A stretch of DNA of 64,000 nt from Octopus bimaculoides (taxonomy: Eukaryota). The position numbers and the translations under genes are program-made. Under the pieces are notes generated by a model. That model was not told the DNA's origin. It made no database searches and was given only the letters and a program-made list of their open reading frames with translations. Below are positions 39,801 to 53,330 of the stretch, in pieces; the first letter of the stretch is position 1; each line of letters starts with the position of its first letter. The stretch is taken from NCBI RefSeq assembly GCF_001194135.2, contig NC_068989.1, forward strand, positions 81,980,244 to 82,044,243, read 5' to 3'.

Positions 39801-42344
39801 AGGCCATAGCAAGAATTTCCAGCAATGCCAATCTTGTTTGACATCAACATTTGACACAACCAACAAAATATTCTTGCTGTGACAATCTTATTATTAATCA
39901 GCTTTTTTTATATCTAAGACAAGTACATTTTCCAGCATACAAGTTCAATTTTTCAGACCTAGATTTATAGTAAAAAAAAAAGGTAGGCTGACTTATACAC
40001 AACAACTTTGGAGAACCAAAAATTCCATATGAAATGCAGCAAGATTTGGAAAGGCTTGAATGTTTACACTTCAGGCCTGCCATAATGGCATATAACAAAA
40101 AATCTAGTTACCTGTTAATTCTCTTTATACTTACTTAGTGTTTATATTGATGTGCAATTAGAATCATAAATAAAGGTAAATAGTAAAAATCAAATTTGAA
40201 ATAATTAAACATAATTTCAAGAGAAAACTTATTCATTTTGACTTTTTTTCATCCTGTGGTGAAACCTTCCATTTCCCTCTGTTCTCTGTGTATGCTCTGG
40301 TGATCAGATCCATTCCAGCCCCGATGAGGTCCCAATTTCTCAATAAAAGCTTGTGACCGGAAAAGGCGGGTTGACTTATAAGACGAGTATAGATTACCTT
40401 AACTTATACACAATATGTCAACTTGTATGCCTGTAAATATGGTACATTACGCAATGTGTTTTTAACACGGTGAAGTGTAATTTGAGAGAGATTTGGCTGC
40501 TACTTCTAGAAGGGTGACAGACCACATTGGCTCAAGAAAACAAATGTTAAGATGTGATCAAACTGATTTTATGTTTAATTAAAGAAAAAAAAATTAGTGT
40601 TATATTTTTATTAAGAACATCATCACCGTAATCGTTATTGGAACAGCGTCTGTGTGTCACTGTCACATGGACAACAATCCAGTGTGTGGGGCAGGACTTA
40701 ACCAATGAAGGCTGTAAGTTGTCATAAAATATTCCATGGTGGTGGTACCGCCGCTGCCACCGCTACCACCACCACCACCACCACCACCACCACCACCAAT
40801 ACCACAGTTGTTGACGATTTCAGGAGAGATGGCCTTTTCACACTCAACCATCATTATCATCATCAGCATTACTGTTATCATCATCATCATCACTTACCTT
40901 AGCTTTGCAATTAACCTTATAACTCAGATTCTCGTCATTATTATCGTTGTTGTTATTATCATTATTATTATTATTACAATTTATTTTTCCACTACCACTG
41001 CCACCACCACCACCACCACCATCATCATCACCATTGCCCTATTATATCTGTTGTCCCACTTCCCAGATGACAGGATGTAATTTTCTTCAGTAGAGTTGTG
41101 TAAGTCAATCGTTGCCATCACAGCATCTGTATACCACCACCACCACCACCACCACACCACCTCTTCCTGCACCATCAACCAGACTTATCTGAAACATTTC
41201 AACTTCCTGCAAATGGAACATACCATATATACACACACACACACACTGCTGCATATATAAATATATATACAGACAACACTTAACATACATGCACACCATG
41301 CTTTTTATACACACAAACTGCACTTCATACACACACACACCATATTTTATGCAAACACACACACACACACATCAGGCTTTATATATGCGCAAACCACATA
41401 TTATATACATAAACCTTACAATATATACACATACCACATGCTACATTTCATATACACAGTCTAATCAAACAATCTACCATAGATACCCACCAATTCTACA
41501 CTCCCACCTCTATAGACATCCTCATTCTTCTCCCCTTCCATACACATTAATGTAGACAGGCATATATATGCATACTTACAGAAACATATGTTGACAAACA
41601 CACAAACACACACATACATACATTCATGTACACAGAGAGACATATATAGACACCTATACATGTTGTTCAGGCAAGCATACTTGCACATGTATACACAGGC
41701 AGATATAGTCACCTACATGTTATACATGTACACAGACAAACAGAGTTACATACATATAGACAGATAGACATTCTCAAAATAATTCAACAGAAAATATGTA
41801 CTGGAAAATAATGGGTTTTGAAATCAATGGTGGGTGAGATGTGGTAGTAGTGGTGGTAGTGGTACTGTGGTGGTGGAGAGATGCAGTGGCAACACTGTGG
41901 TATGATAGTTGTGTTGTTGTTGTTGTTAGTGTCTAAGTGAAATACATGTTTCAATGAACTGACAGTTGAAACACTTCAGTTTTTCTCAAGGCTTAGTACA
42001 AAATTTACTGAGTTTATAAGAAAAACTACAACCCCCACAGCAGCACAAACTCCAGTCTCCAGCCTTCATGACATCACAGCCTCTAGCCTCCACACCACTG
42101 CAAACTTCAACCTCCAGCCTACAGCCTCTATGACACATCAATCTCTCACTCCACAACACATCAATATTATTAGAAATAATAGTAATCGTTTTGTTTATTT
42201 CCTGGTCATAAGTTGGAACAACAAATCAAGGAACCACATCAGATTGGTTTTCTTTTTCTCCCCGTCTATTTCTTACTTTAATCAACATCAACATCACCTT
42301 CACTTCCCCTAACAACAAAAATTAAAATACTCCCATATTCCATA

Positions 42345-43120
42345 GATTACCTTTATATTTTACTTGCTGAGGTCCCTACATTATCGAGCAACTTTTGCAT
42401 TTGCTCTATAGTGTTGAGAATGAGTGCTGTATCATCAAGGAAGTCAAGGTCGCTTATGATGACAGTTGGTACTTGGTATGATCTGTGTCTGTCAATGGCG
42501 AATCCCAAGTGTCATTGCCTGCTACTTGACACATTGCATAGTCCAGGTCAAGGACAAACAAATGTGAAGCTAGAAGAAAATGGTGTACATATCCTTCAAC
42601 CAAAACAAAGATCTCGATCTCTGAGCAATGAATAGATCAAAATTGAATGCAGTTGAGAATTTCAGATATCTTGGTAGATGGGTAAACAGCTCCGATGTTG
42701 ACATCAAAGTCAGAAAAGCATAAGCTTGGACATTGTGTCACAAACTCAAAAGAGTATGGCAGTCAAGACTGTTCCTTGCTACTGTTGAGTCAGCGCTCCT
42801 GTATGGCAGCAAAACCTGGACACTTACCAAACAAGCAAAGAAGTGGTTAGATGGCTGCTACACAAGGATGCTACAAATGCCCCTGGATGTAAAATGGCAG
42901 AACATGACCGATGAGCATCTCTATGGAAGCCTTCCAAAAGTGATCAACAAGATCAGAGAATGATGTCTCTGCATACCAAATCATTGCATGTGGCACCAAG
43001 AAGAATAAGCATCAAAGCTTTTATTCTGGGATCCATAGCATGGTACTAGCAGAGGATTGAATACTGTCAATGAACTGAAGGTGCTGATGATAGAATCGAG
43101 ATGCTTGGTGAAATGGCTTT
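42345..43120. mobile_element. RTE-clade (RTE-X-like) non-LTR retrotransposon fragment with 5' inversion
   Basis: Minus segment ~42345-42560 reads FVLDLDYAM..LGFAIDRHRSYQVPTVIISDLDFLDDTALILNTIEQMQKLL (decayed FADD RT motif). Plus segment from ~42561 reads ..YISFNQ..VENFRYLG..RLFLATVESALLYGSKTWTLT..LDGCYTRML. Stops and frameshifts present. Confidence 0.85.
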
Positions 43121-43919
43121 GTTTTTGAGGCCTGGGTGTGGGTCTGGCTACAGTAAAGTAAATTATCTTTAAAGGCCTGGGTATGAGCCTGACCAAAGTA
43201 AAGTAGATTATCAAGTAAAGTAGATTATCTAACAGGGTTTTATTAATCAATTGTGGTACTAGAAAAAATCTAGACTTTTTCCTGGAATTTCAAACTTTCA
43301 AACATCATTGGATATTTACAAGCAGAAGTAATTAGTGTTAATGAAAATATTTTGTTAGAAGAGGTGAGGGAGATAACTAAGTCACTCTTACAGAATTTTT
43401 CATTGTCATTATTGGTATAGTAACCTCGACATGGTCGCTTAAATCTCTATTGTATTAAAAAAAGACACATTGGCTAGTGTAGTCTGAGATACACTATGTC
43501 TGTAATAAATGATGTAATGCTCATGATTGGAATGTCTGATCATAGGCCAGTAAACGCATGACTGACCAAGTGTTAAAATATATTAATCAGTGTGAATTTG
43601 TTTGGGCTTAGTTATATTTCTATTCTATTTTCCAACATACAGATCAAATATTTCAGACCAAAATTTTACATCCATTAAAATATAGGTTGATTTATACACC
43701 AAGATGACTTTGGAGGGCCAAAAGCTCCATGTTAAATGCAGCATGATTTGGAAAGGTCGTGGTCATGTTTGAATGTTAACACTACATGTTTACACTATAT
43801 ACTACATTAACTTGTATGTCGGCAAATAGGGTATATCTTACAAAAACCATCTCACTTATATTGGTGCTGCTTCTTCCTTAATCAGCCGCAAATTAATAAT
43901 TTATTACATCAACTTTTAA

Positions 43920-44281
43920 CCCTTTGACTGTAATGATGTTAATTATTCACAAATAAATTAAAAAAACCCCAAAAACAAAAGGATTGATATTTTCTACAAT
44001 GCCCTTTCAGTATTTCCTGTAGGTGCAGTTTTCATATCAACCACTAAAAGTCTTTAATTCTTTCTTCATGAAGAAGTATTTTTATGAAATATGTGAAAAA
44101 AATTAAGAAAATCTGAAAAATTATCTTTTCTAAAAAAAAGTACCACCAAGGAGTGTCTCTGCTTCAAGGAGTGTCTCTCCATAAGGAGAGGTTTTTTTTC
44201 AAAGCCATCTGACAAAATTGCATTTCACATTAACAGTAATATAATTTTGAGCAGATATATCTGCTTGCCATGTTCAAAGGG
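43920..44281. mobile_element. Possible piggyBac-like MITE
   Basis: TTAA|CCCTTTGAC ... TTCAAAGGG|TTAT; only short TIRs. Confidence 0.35.
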
Positions 44282-44529
44282 TTATACTGTGACAATGGTT
44301 AAACTGTGATCAAACGTTATTTATAACTTTACATACATTTCACAGTAAAGTAATAAAGTTAATAATAACATCTACACTTTTTCCTTCCAATAAAAATATT
44401 TCCCACACTATATATAGATTTGTTTATCTCATTCTTCTTTCATCTTTTATATCAAGAACACAGACTTGCAAACTTTCTTGTGACAGTTTTAAACATTCTG
44501 AATAGAAGCAGGAAATATGTTGTCATTCA

Positions 44530-45150
44530 ACTCCACTCTTGTGTCATAATTTGTGGCACCCTGTATATTGCTGTTGGCACACTTGTGTCACTGCTCGTGG
44601 GGCCCCTGTGTATTACTAGTGGCACACTCGTGCCATCATTTGTGGAACCTTTATGTGTTGTTGGTGGTACACTTGTGTAAGTGTTTGTGACACCTCTGTG
44701 AATTGTTGGTGGCACATACTTGTCATCATTTGTATCACCAGTGTCACTGCTTGTGGGGCCCCTGTGTCATAGTTTGTGGCACTCTGTATATTGCTGTTGG
44801 CACACTTGTGTATTATTGGTGGCACACTCGTGCCATCATTTGTGGCACCTTTATGAATTGTTGGTGGAACACTTGTATAAGTGTTTGTGACACCTCTATG
44901 TATTGTTGGTGGCACACACTATCGTTTGTGGGACCTCTGTGTCACTTCTTGTGGGGAACCTGTGTATTATTGGTGACACACTTGTGCCATCATTTGTGGC
45001 ACCTTTATGTATTGTTGGTGACACACACTTGTGTCATCATTTGTGACACCTCTGTATATTGCTGGTGGCACACTTGTGCCACTGTCTTTGGTATCCTTAT
45101 ATATATTGCTGGTGGAATATTTATGCCATTGTTTGTAATACCCCTGTGTA
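44530..45150. repeat. ~45-bp minisatellite (~14 units), consensus TTGTGGCACCTCTGTATATTGTTGGTGGCACACTTGTGTCATCAT
   Basis: Visible periodicity; explains the repetitive ORFs 44527-45197. Confidence 0.85.
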
Positions 45151-46105
45151 TAGTTTATGGTTCTCGTACATCTGTGGGTAAACTTGAACCTAAGTAAATA
45201 GTTTCAGTAAAGAAAGGACTACTTCATACAGCAGTCTCAACAGAGTTGGTTGGAATAGCTTTATGTTAATGAGATAAACAGACTCAGTAATGAGTGGCCC
45301 ATTATTGGAACCTAAATAACAGCAACAACATTCACCAGAAATAGGTGTCTCTCTTCCAGCAAATAATGGATTACATTGTTTAATCAAGTCAGATGTTGAA
45401 GGAGTTACACTTTTAATGATTACAGCAGGATTTTATTTCTTTTCTTTATTTCAAAGCTGATACTAATTAACTTGGTTTTGTGACAAATTAATTAATAAAG
45501 AAGATATCAGAAACAAGTGTGGATAATGTTATGGCATAACTAGTTCTGATCTGATACATGTACCAATCTCCTGTTATGACACATGTAGCATTACATTGAC
45601 ACATGAGGTATTCTATGTAGCATTACATTGACACATGAGGTATTCTATTGTGACACAAGGGGCATTTGATTGTGACACATGCTGCATTCCATTGTAACAC
45701 ATGTAGTGACTTGTGATACACCCAGTGATCTGTTGTGGCACATGTAGTGATTTGTGTCATGTCCAGAGACCAGTTGTGACAATTTTAGTGACCTGTTGTG
45801 ACAACTCTAAGTATTCACTTGACCTTCGAGAAGTAGAAGCTAAATCTCCCTCAAATCACATCTTACAAGAAAAGAAAGATACATTGACCAGTATAGTCCT
45901 AGATAAACAAAAAGTTGGGTGGTCATAGATGAAATCTCTTTGATCACACAACTTCTCAATCAGGGCAGAGCTTTTGTTTAATGTCTAACTCAGAGGATGG
46001 AAGGTAGCCCCCATGACTGTTTTCAGGATCTTCATGAATAGTGATGGAAAGGGAATAGAGGTTACTTTTCTATAACTTTTCATCAATATTATGCTACCAT
46101 ATATA

Positions 46106-46523
46106 CCGTAAATCCTCGAGTATAATCAGCACTTTTTTCCCAAAATTTAAAGGTCAAAATTTCTACTGTGTACTATATATGAGGTTAAAAATGAAAAATA
46201 TTTTCTAAGCAAAATTTTCTAAGTGATAAATATGTAAAGGCAATTTACTTAATATTTATTTTTCACTGACATTATTACTGTTATTTCTTTATTTTCTGCA
46301 AACAAGGTGCACAAAAAAGCTATACGTTTGCATTATGTTATATATTCAATAATAATAAGGGGAGTTACTGTATATACATTTACAAATGTTATATAGACCT
46401 CATTGACTCAAGTTAGAGAAGGGGTGCATATTATACACAAGGTTTAGGTTTTTCAGAGATACAGCCCCCTAAAAATCCCCTGCGTATTATACTCAAGGGC
46501 GGACTATACTCGAGGATTTATGG
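46106..46523. mobile_element. Tc2/pogo-like MITE (Tc1/mariner superfamily)
   Basis: TIRs CCGTAAATCCTCGAGTATA / TATACTCGAGGATTTATGG; TA on the left, CA on the right; subterminal ATTATAC(A/T)C repeats; no ORF. Confidence 0.75.
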
Positions 46524-46878
46524 CATATACCTGAAACATTTACAAAACTAAATCTGAGCCAAAAGAAGTGCCTCAATGTGCTAAAAATAGTAGCCAAATC
46601 TCCATCAAATCACACTTTACTGTTTTAAAAATCAAGAACACATGAGATAATGTAGTTTTAGATGCACTTGTCCAAATAAAAGGCGAGATGGTCAGGGTTA
46701 GAATGTCTTTGATCATAGGTTTGTTCACTCAGGGATGAACTGGTAGCAAACAACAGCAGCAACACAATCCATTTTTTATCACAGTGGACAAACCCATAGC
46801 CTATATCTTTAGCACTTCACAATAGTTGAAAGATAGAAAATGAAATGAAAAGAGTCTACAGTGTGTAAAAATAATTAC

Positions 46879-46915
46879 CTTCCGGATCATTTTCATCTGC
46901 TATGCTTGCCCCATC
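46879..46915 (-). CDS. ARHGAP21: ARHGAP21/23-like RhoGAP, short exon inside the split PDZ region (DGASIADENDPE+G)
   Basis: Minus strand gatttctatttgcag|GATGGG...GAAG|gtaatt; 37 nt, phase 0 to 1. The final G joins TA of the next exon to give Val, in frame with the PDZ exon. Position matches the short acidic exon preceding EPMDTIF in vertebrate ARHGAP21 (from recall). Confidence 0.6.
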
Positions 46916-48417
46916 CTGCAAATAGAAATCAGTAATTAATAATTAAATACAAATCATTAATTAATAATTATAATAATTACATAATAAATAAATATAAACA
47001 TGCAGGAACATGCATGGCTGCATGGTAAAAAAAAAGTTTGCATCCCAACCACATGGTTTTCATTTTAGTCCCTCTGCAGCATCCTGGGCAAGCTGACCAA
47101 AGACTTGTGAGAAGATTTTGTAGACAGAAACTAAAAGAAGCCTGTCGTATCTGTGTTTATCAGTGTGTGCGAGTATGTATGTGTGTATGTGTATTTGAGA
47201 AGAAGAGAGAGAGAGAGTGTCTTTTTGTCTTGACAGCAATCAATAGTTGTAAGCGAGCAACACCAACTGACAAGTGGTGTTATTCATTTACAATGAACAT
47301 GAAAACATGTCAAGCCATGGAGAAATATTGTTTGGAGTGACAGGAAAGACATCTAACCATAGAGAATCTCAGCCTCAATGGATTTTATCTGACCCATGCA
47401 AGCATGGAAAAGTGTGTATTAAAAAAATGACAACAAAGATTGTAAACTTTGTAAATTATTCAACAGGAGCAATATGAAAGCCATTTTCTGAACTGTAGGC
47501 AAAATCATTTAATTTTGTAACCATAGAATCCTTTTAAACAATACATGCTAAAGAGAAAATAAAAGTTAACATAAAAACACTGTGAATCTGGCAGTTACAA
47601 CTGAAGAAAAAATAAGGGACAGAACTGTGTGTTACATTAGTAACAGAAAACTAATTTAAAAACTGACTATACCAACACATGACATCTTTCAGACACCATC
47701 ACAAAGAAAACGCCATTTCATTTTCAAAGCAAATTCGGAAAAAGAAAGACAATGGCGACTGTCCCAAGACAGTACTCCTACTTTCTCTTCTATAATGTGA
47801 GTTGCTGTGTAGCTCCCTTAAGCAAAAAACCTGTTCTGTTCTGACACCTTCCCTCTCACTTGAACCTCTCATTTCCAGCATAAAGTCACCTTCCTCTCTA
47901 CTGTAGACACCCATAGACCTCATTGGAGGTGGTGCTATAAAAAAAAAAACACTTAAAGCATGCAGTGAAGTGGTTGGTATTAGGAAGGGCATCCAGCTAT
48001 AAATACCAGACTGAAGGAGACTCTGGAGGGCAAAGCAGTCTTCAAACCTGTCAGATCCTGTCAAACCAGCATGGAACATGGGCATTAGATTACGATGTCT
48101 GTGTGTCAGTATACATGCATGCATGTATGTATGTATAGCGTATTGAAGCTAACCAAGATCAGCGTGTATAAACAGTGATATTCTATGGTATTGAGTGCTT
48201 TTTCTCTTCTTCATTAAAACACAAACACACACACACACATGTAGGGTTATGTAATACAATTCACAAGGGTGTAGGGCTACATAACCTGATGTAATGGGGT
48301 TGGGAGGTTGGGGTGGGAATGGTGAAGTGAAATAGCGTGTAAATAAAATGGTGGTAGTGAGTGGGGTGGAGGACAGGAAACAGGTCAAAGGAACATTTAA
48401 TAGCTGTGTGTGTGAGT

Positions 48418-48454
<37 letters not shown>

Positions 48455-48528
48455 GTGTGCCATAATCAACAGTCAGGCTGTCTGGAGAACACAGCAAATG
48501 GTAATCTCCATTTACATCTAGATTACCA

Positions 48529-48572
<44 letters not shown>

Positions 48573-48740
48573 CAACATACAAAAGAAAAATATTGTGTGT
48601 ATAAATAAATATATATATATACTCATAGAAAATGTACTGAAATGGTAAACTACAATTATGTATGTGAGTATAACCACTACCACCACTAAATATACATACA
48701 ACAATAAAAATGGGGATGTGTACCTGAATATTTTTTTATT

Positions 48741-49100
48741 CTTTTACTTGTTTCTGTCATTAGACTGTGGCCATGCTGGGGCACAGCCTTGTAGAATTTT
48801 AGCCAAACAAATTGATCCCAGTAGTTATTTTTAAAGCTCAGTACTTATTCTAATAGTGTCTTTTGCCGAACTGCTAAGTTATGGGGATGTAAATGCACCA
48901 ACACTGGTTGGCAAGTGATGGTGAAGAACAAACATGCACACACACATGCATACGACAGGCTTCTTAAAGTTTTTGTGTACCAAATCCACTCAAAGCTTTG
49001 GTCAGCCTGAGGCTATAGCTGAACTCACTTCACTTGCCCAAGATGCCACAGAGTGGGATTGAACCTGGAACCATGTGGTTGGGAATTAAACTTCTTACCA
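48741..49100 (-). mobile_element. SINE family B (older subfamily)
   Basis: Head-to-head with the 49128 copy. Confidence 0.8.
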
Positions 49101-49127
49101 CCTATATATATATATATATATATATAA

Positions 49128-49510
49128 GAGTGGCTGTGTGATAAGTAGCTTGCTTACCAACCACATGGTTCTGGGTTCAGTCCCACTGCGTGGCACCTTG
49201 GGCAAGTGTCTTCTATTATAGCCTCAGGTCGACCAAAGCCTTGTGAATGGATTTAGTAGATGGAAACTGAAAGAAGCCTGTCGTATATGTATATATATAT
49301 ATATGTGTATATGTTTGTGTGTTTGTGTTTGTCCCCCCACCATCCCTTGACAACCGATGTTAGTGTGTTTATGTCCCTGTAACTTAGCAGTTCAGCAAAA
49401 GAGACCAATAGAATAAGTACAAGACTTACAAAGAATAAGACCCGGGGTTGATTTGTTCAACTAAAGGCGGTGCTCCAGCATGGCCACAGTCAAATGACTG
49501 AAACATATAA
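49128..49510 (+). mobile_element. SINE family B
   Basis: Full length; inverted relative to both neighbours. Confidence 0.85.
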
Positions 49511-49524
49511 TAGCATAAAAGAAT

Positions 49525-49559
<35 letters not shown>

Positions 49560-49920
49560 TAGATACATATATACACAATACATACACATACGTACATACA
49601 TGTGTATGTTAAGATATATGGCTCAGTGATAAGGGTGTTGGCCTGACTGGCCTGATGATCAAAAAGTCATGGGTTCAATTTCTGGACCAGGCGACATGTT
49701 GTCATCTTTGAGAAATGCACTTCATTTCAGATTACTCCAGTCTACTCGGCTGATATTGAATATCAGCCAAGTATTGCATGTGCCTATGAAATTTTAAGTC
49801 ATATGGAGTTGAGTCAAACTCATATTAAATATGTGTAAATTCCAGCCAAATATGATGAGTGCCACTTATTTTTTTTTGGGGGGGGGGTTATCTACTCACT
49901 TGTTTGTTTGTATGTGTGTA

Positions 49921-50150
49921 TACTCTTTACTCTTTTACTTGTTTGTCTTTTTGACTGTGGCCATGCTGGAGCACCGCCTTTAGTCGAGCAAATCGACTCC
50001 CAGGACTTATTCTTTGGAAGCCTAGTACTTATTCTGTCGATCTCTTTTGCCGAACCGCTAAGTTACGGGGACGTAAACACACCAGCATCGGTTGTCAAGC
50101 GATGTTGGGTGGACAAACACAGACACACAAACACATACACACATAGATAC

Positions 50151-50181
<31 letters not shown>

Positions 50182-50347
50182 TACGACAGGCTTCTTTCAG
50201 TTTCCGTCTACCAAATCCACTCACAAAGCATTGGTCGGCCTGAGGTTTTAGTAGAAGACACTTGCCCAAGATGCCATGCAGTGGGACTGAACCCGGAACC
50301 ATGTAGTTGGTAAGCAAGCTACTTAACCACACAACCACTCCTACGCC
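49921..50347 (-). mobile_element. SINE family B, full length
   Basis: Tail-to-tail with the 49128 copy. Confidence 0.88.
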
Positions 50348-51489
50348 TGTATGTATATATAAAATACGGATATGTATGTATATCATGCACACAGTTATGC
50401 AATCACAGATGCAAATACACAACTATATATATATATATATCTATATAAAGCTGAATTAACTATTAAGCAATATAAGCACATGCTAAGGACATCAAGGGAA
50501 AGTAGGGTACCAGTGAAATGGTAAATGGTTTATGGCACAAAAGAAATCACTTTAGATTTGCTAAAATAATATTTGAAGTGGTTTGTATGATCAGAAATAT
50601 AATTTCAAAGTGTTCATGGTGTCATAGTGAGGATCTGATCGAAGACTTTGCAATTAAAAAAAAAAGGTATGAGAAAACTTTTAAAATATAAATGAAGTGG
50701 AAGTATACAAAAACAAACATTATTTTCCATCTTACTGTCAGTTTTGTTTCATTTAAAAAAATATAAATTTATTTTATGGGTTATCATTGTTTATATTTTG
50801 AATTACATATATATCAGGGCAACAAAATCTTTGAAGTGCTTAAGGCTTCTAATAGGTCTTAATCTGACCCTGAATACATAAGGAAAATAGATACAAATAA
50901 ATGGATGGATAGATAAATAGATATAGATAAACAGATATGGATATAGTTTGTTAAATATGGACAGAAAGATAGATATACATAGATAAGAGATAACTAGCTA
51001 GCAAGCTAGATAGATAGATGTAGATAGACAAGGGAAAGCCTGTGTAAAAGTAGAGTAGTTATCTTATCTAAGAAAACATCCTGCCAGTATTTTCAGCAAT
51101 CTAACTCCCATTGCCATCTTACTTTTCCACAAACCATCAGCATTATAATCCCCATCTCGCTTTAATGTCAACCTAGGGATGGAGTGTAAGGTGGGTAATG
51201 ATAAGTGAGGACTTTGGAGGGTGAGGATATAGAACTGAGGATGTGTGTGTGTGTGTGAACACTGAAGGAAATATTGATAAACTGCCACAGTTATGTGCGC
51301 GTCCTAATATTGTCGATATTGACCTAAACTCTACAACACAACTCCTACTACCATCAACACTATGACTCCCATCCATATATCTTAATGGGTATGTGGTAAA
51401 GAAGTTCAATTCAAAGCCATGTGGTTCCAAACTGTTTAGTTAAAAAAAATTAATTTAAAAATCTGTGATTGAGATGGAATAGATCCACA

Positions 51490-51817
51490 CCACCTTTAGT
51501 CCCAGGATTTATTCTTTGTAAGCCTAGTACTTATTCTATCAGTCTCTTTTGCTGAATGGCTAAGTTATGGGGACATAAATGCACAAACATTGGTTGTCAA
51601 ATGATGGTGAGGGGGGGGGACAAACACAGACACACACACATATATATATATATATACGATGGGCTTCTTTTCAGTTTCCATCTACCAGATCCACTCACAA
51701 AGCTTTGGTCAGCCTGAGGCTATAGTACAAAACACTTGCCCAAGGTGCCATGCAGTGGGACTGAACCTAGAACCATGTGGTTGGTAAACAAGCTACTTAC
51801 CACAGCCACTCCTGCGC
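51490..51817 (-). mobile_element. SINE family B, 3' truncated
   Basis: Head to mid-tail match. Confidence 0.8.
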
Positions 51818-52774
51818 TTACACATACATATATATACATATATAAAACACTTTTATTTTGGTCAAGTTGATCTCTTGTTTCTCTCAGGCAAGTTTATAAA
51901 TGTTTGTGTGTGTGTGCGTGCGTGCGTGCGGAAAATGAAAAACTGGTGCTTTTAAAATGAAATCTCTGGTGACATTTGTTCTGCACTTTGTTACAGAGAT
52001 TCCCTTATCACTTACAGAGAGATTCCCTTATCAGTTCAGTGAACCTTTGATTGATTTCTTGGAAACCAATAAACCTATTTTCCTTTAATTGTAATATAGA
52101 ATTTTAAAATAATACCAACTAAACTCCCTAACATTTTATCATTATTGTAATCCTAGAATCATCTCTACCATAACAACCAATACTACATGGAATCTCTTCT
52201 GTAATTTAATTACAGACTTGTAGTTATTACCAATACCACCATTATTATACATATAGAATTCCTCTCTTACGCTTTACATCTTCCCCCACACTCTCTAAAG
52301 CCGTATGACCCCTCTCACATCTGCAGTGATGCTGCCCCCACCTAACTCACCCACTTCTAGTTTCCTCTACAGGTGGTTTCCCTCCTGCAATCATGAATAA
52401 AATGGGCCTGAGTTTGATAACCTTTCCATTATATCTTGCCTGTTGCTAAGCCTCAGTTCCCTTCAATCAACCCTTACTTTTAATCAAGTTCCTGAACAAA
52501 AAAACAAAAACAAAAAAAAAACAACAAAGGAAAAAAATCAGAACTTTTGATATGTCCATTTACTCAAACCAACACCCACAGGAAATTGATTAGGAATTTA
52601 CAAATGAAAATGTAAATAGAACAGTATGAGAAGTACCAATGTAAGGCAAGTAACTCATAGATACATGGTTCACAGTCCTACCAGTGGCAGAAGTGTGGTT
52701 AACAATCCCATCTTTTCATTCACTAACATCTAATAATAATCAATTGCATTAACCAAGACTATTACTATTATTAC

Positions 52775-53330
52775 TATTATTATTATTATTATTGAGTGAG
52801 AGAGCAATGCATGCCACCTAAGTGATACTGGGGTACAAATATATGAAGCCCATCATAAACACCCATCTGATAAGGGGACACCAGGCACATGCATCACAAC
52901 CATATGTGCGAGACATGGTGATCTCATATCAAGATAAACAGTGCATGACCTTGCAGGTGGAGCCTAGTTAGAATTTTCTTTAGGCTGAGTAGCCCATTGT
53001 GCACAAAAGGTCCCGGAATAAGATTTGCTTAAGGATGGTGAATAAAACACCCATTTTTCCAGGAGTGAATTATTCAAACCCTAAAGAATTCCTCTCAACA
53101 CATAACTATGATGCTCCCCCACTATTCCTGCTCATGATCAGGGATGCACATATCATCAGCCGCTAAGGGACATGCTCGACTGGTTAAGGTCAAACAACTA
53201 ACAAGAAATTCCGTGGTATTGAGAAGAATATTTGCTGTAGCCCATCTTTTATAACCAGACAAAACAATGTACATGATAATACTTCCAATCAGTTAAGATA
53301 AACAGTCATGAAAGCCACTGTCATGTATAG
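52775..53330 (-). mobile_element. Interspersed repeat with (AAT)n tail; partial second copy at ~60100-60255
   Basis: CAGCC(G/A)CTAAGGGACATGCTC..TGGTTAAGGTCAA..GTGGTATTGAG..GAATATTTGCT is shared by both loci. Confidence 0.65.

Noticed and set aside
40315-40395. Hammerhead-like CCGATGAGGTC...GACCGGAAA
   Set aside because: Core has C at position 4, and helices I and III are missing; the adjacent GACTTATAAGACGAGTATA looks more like a Tc2-type MITE end.
40663-40893. Poly-Gly ORF as a RhoGAP N-terminus
   Set aside because: Derived from (ACC)n/(CAT)n microsatellites, no usable donor, and it lies downstream of the 46879 exon.
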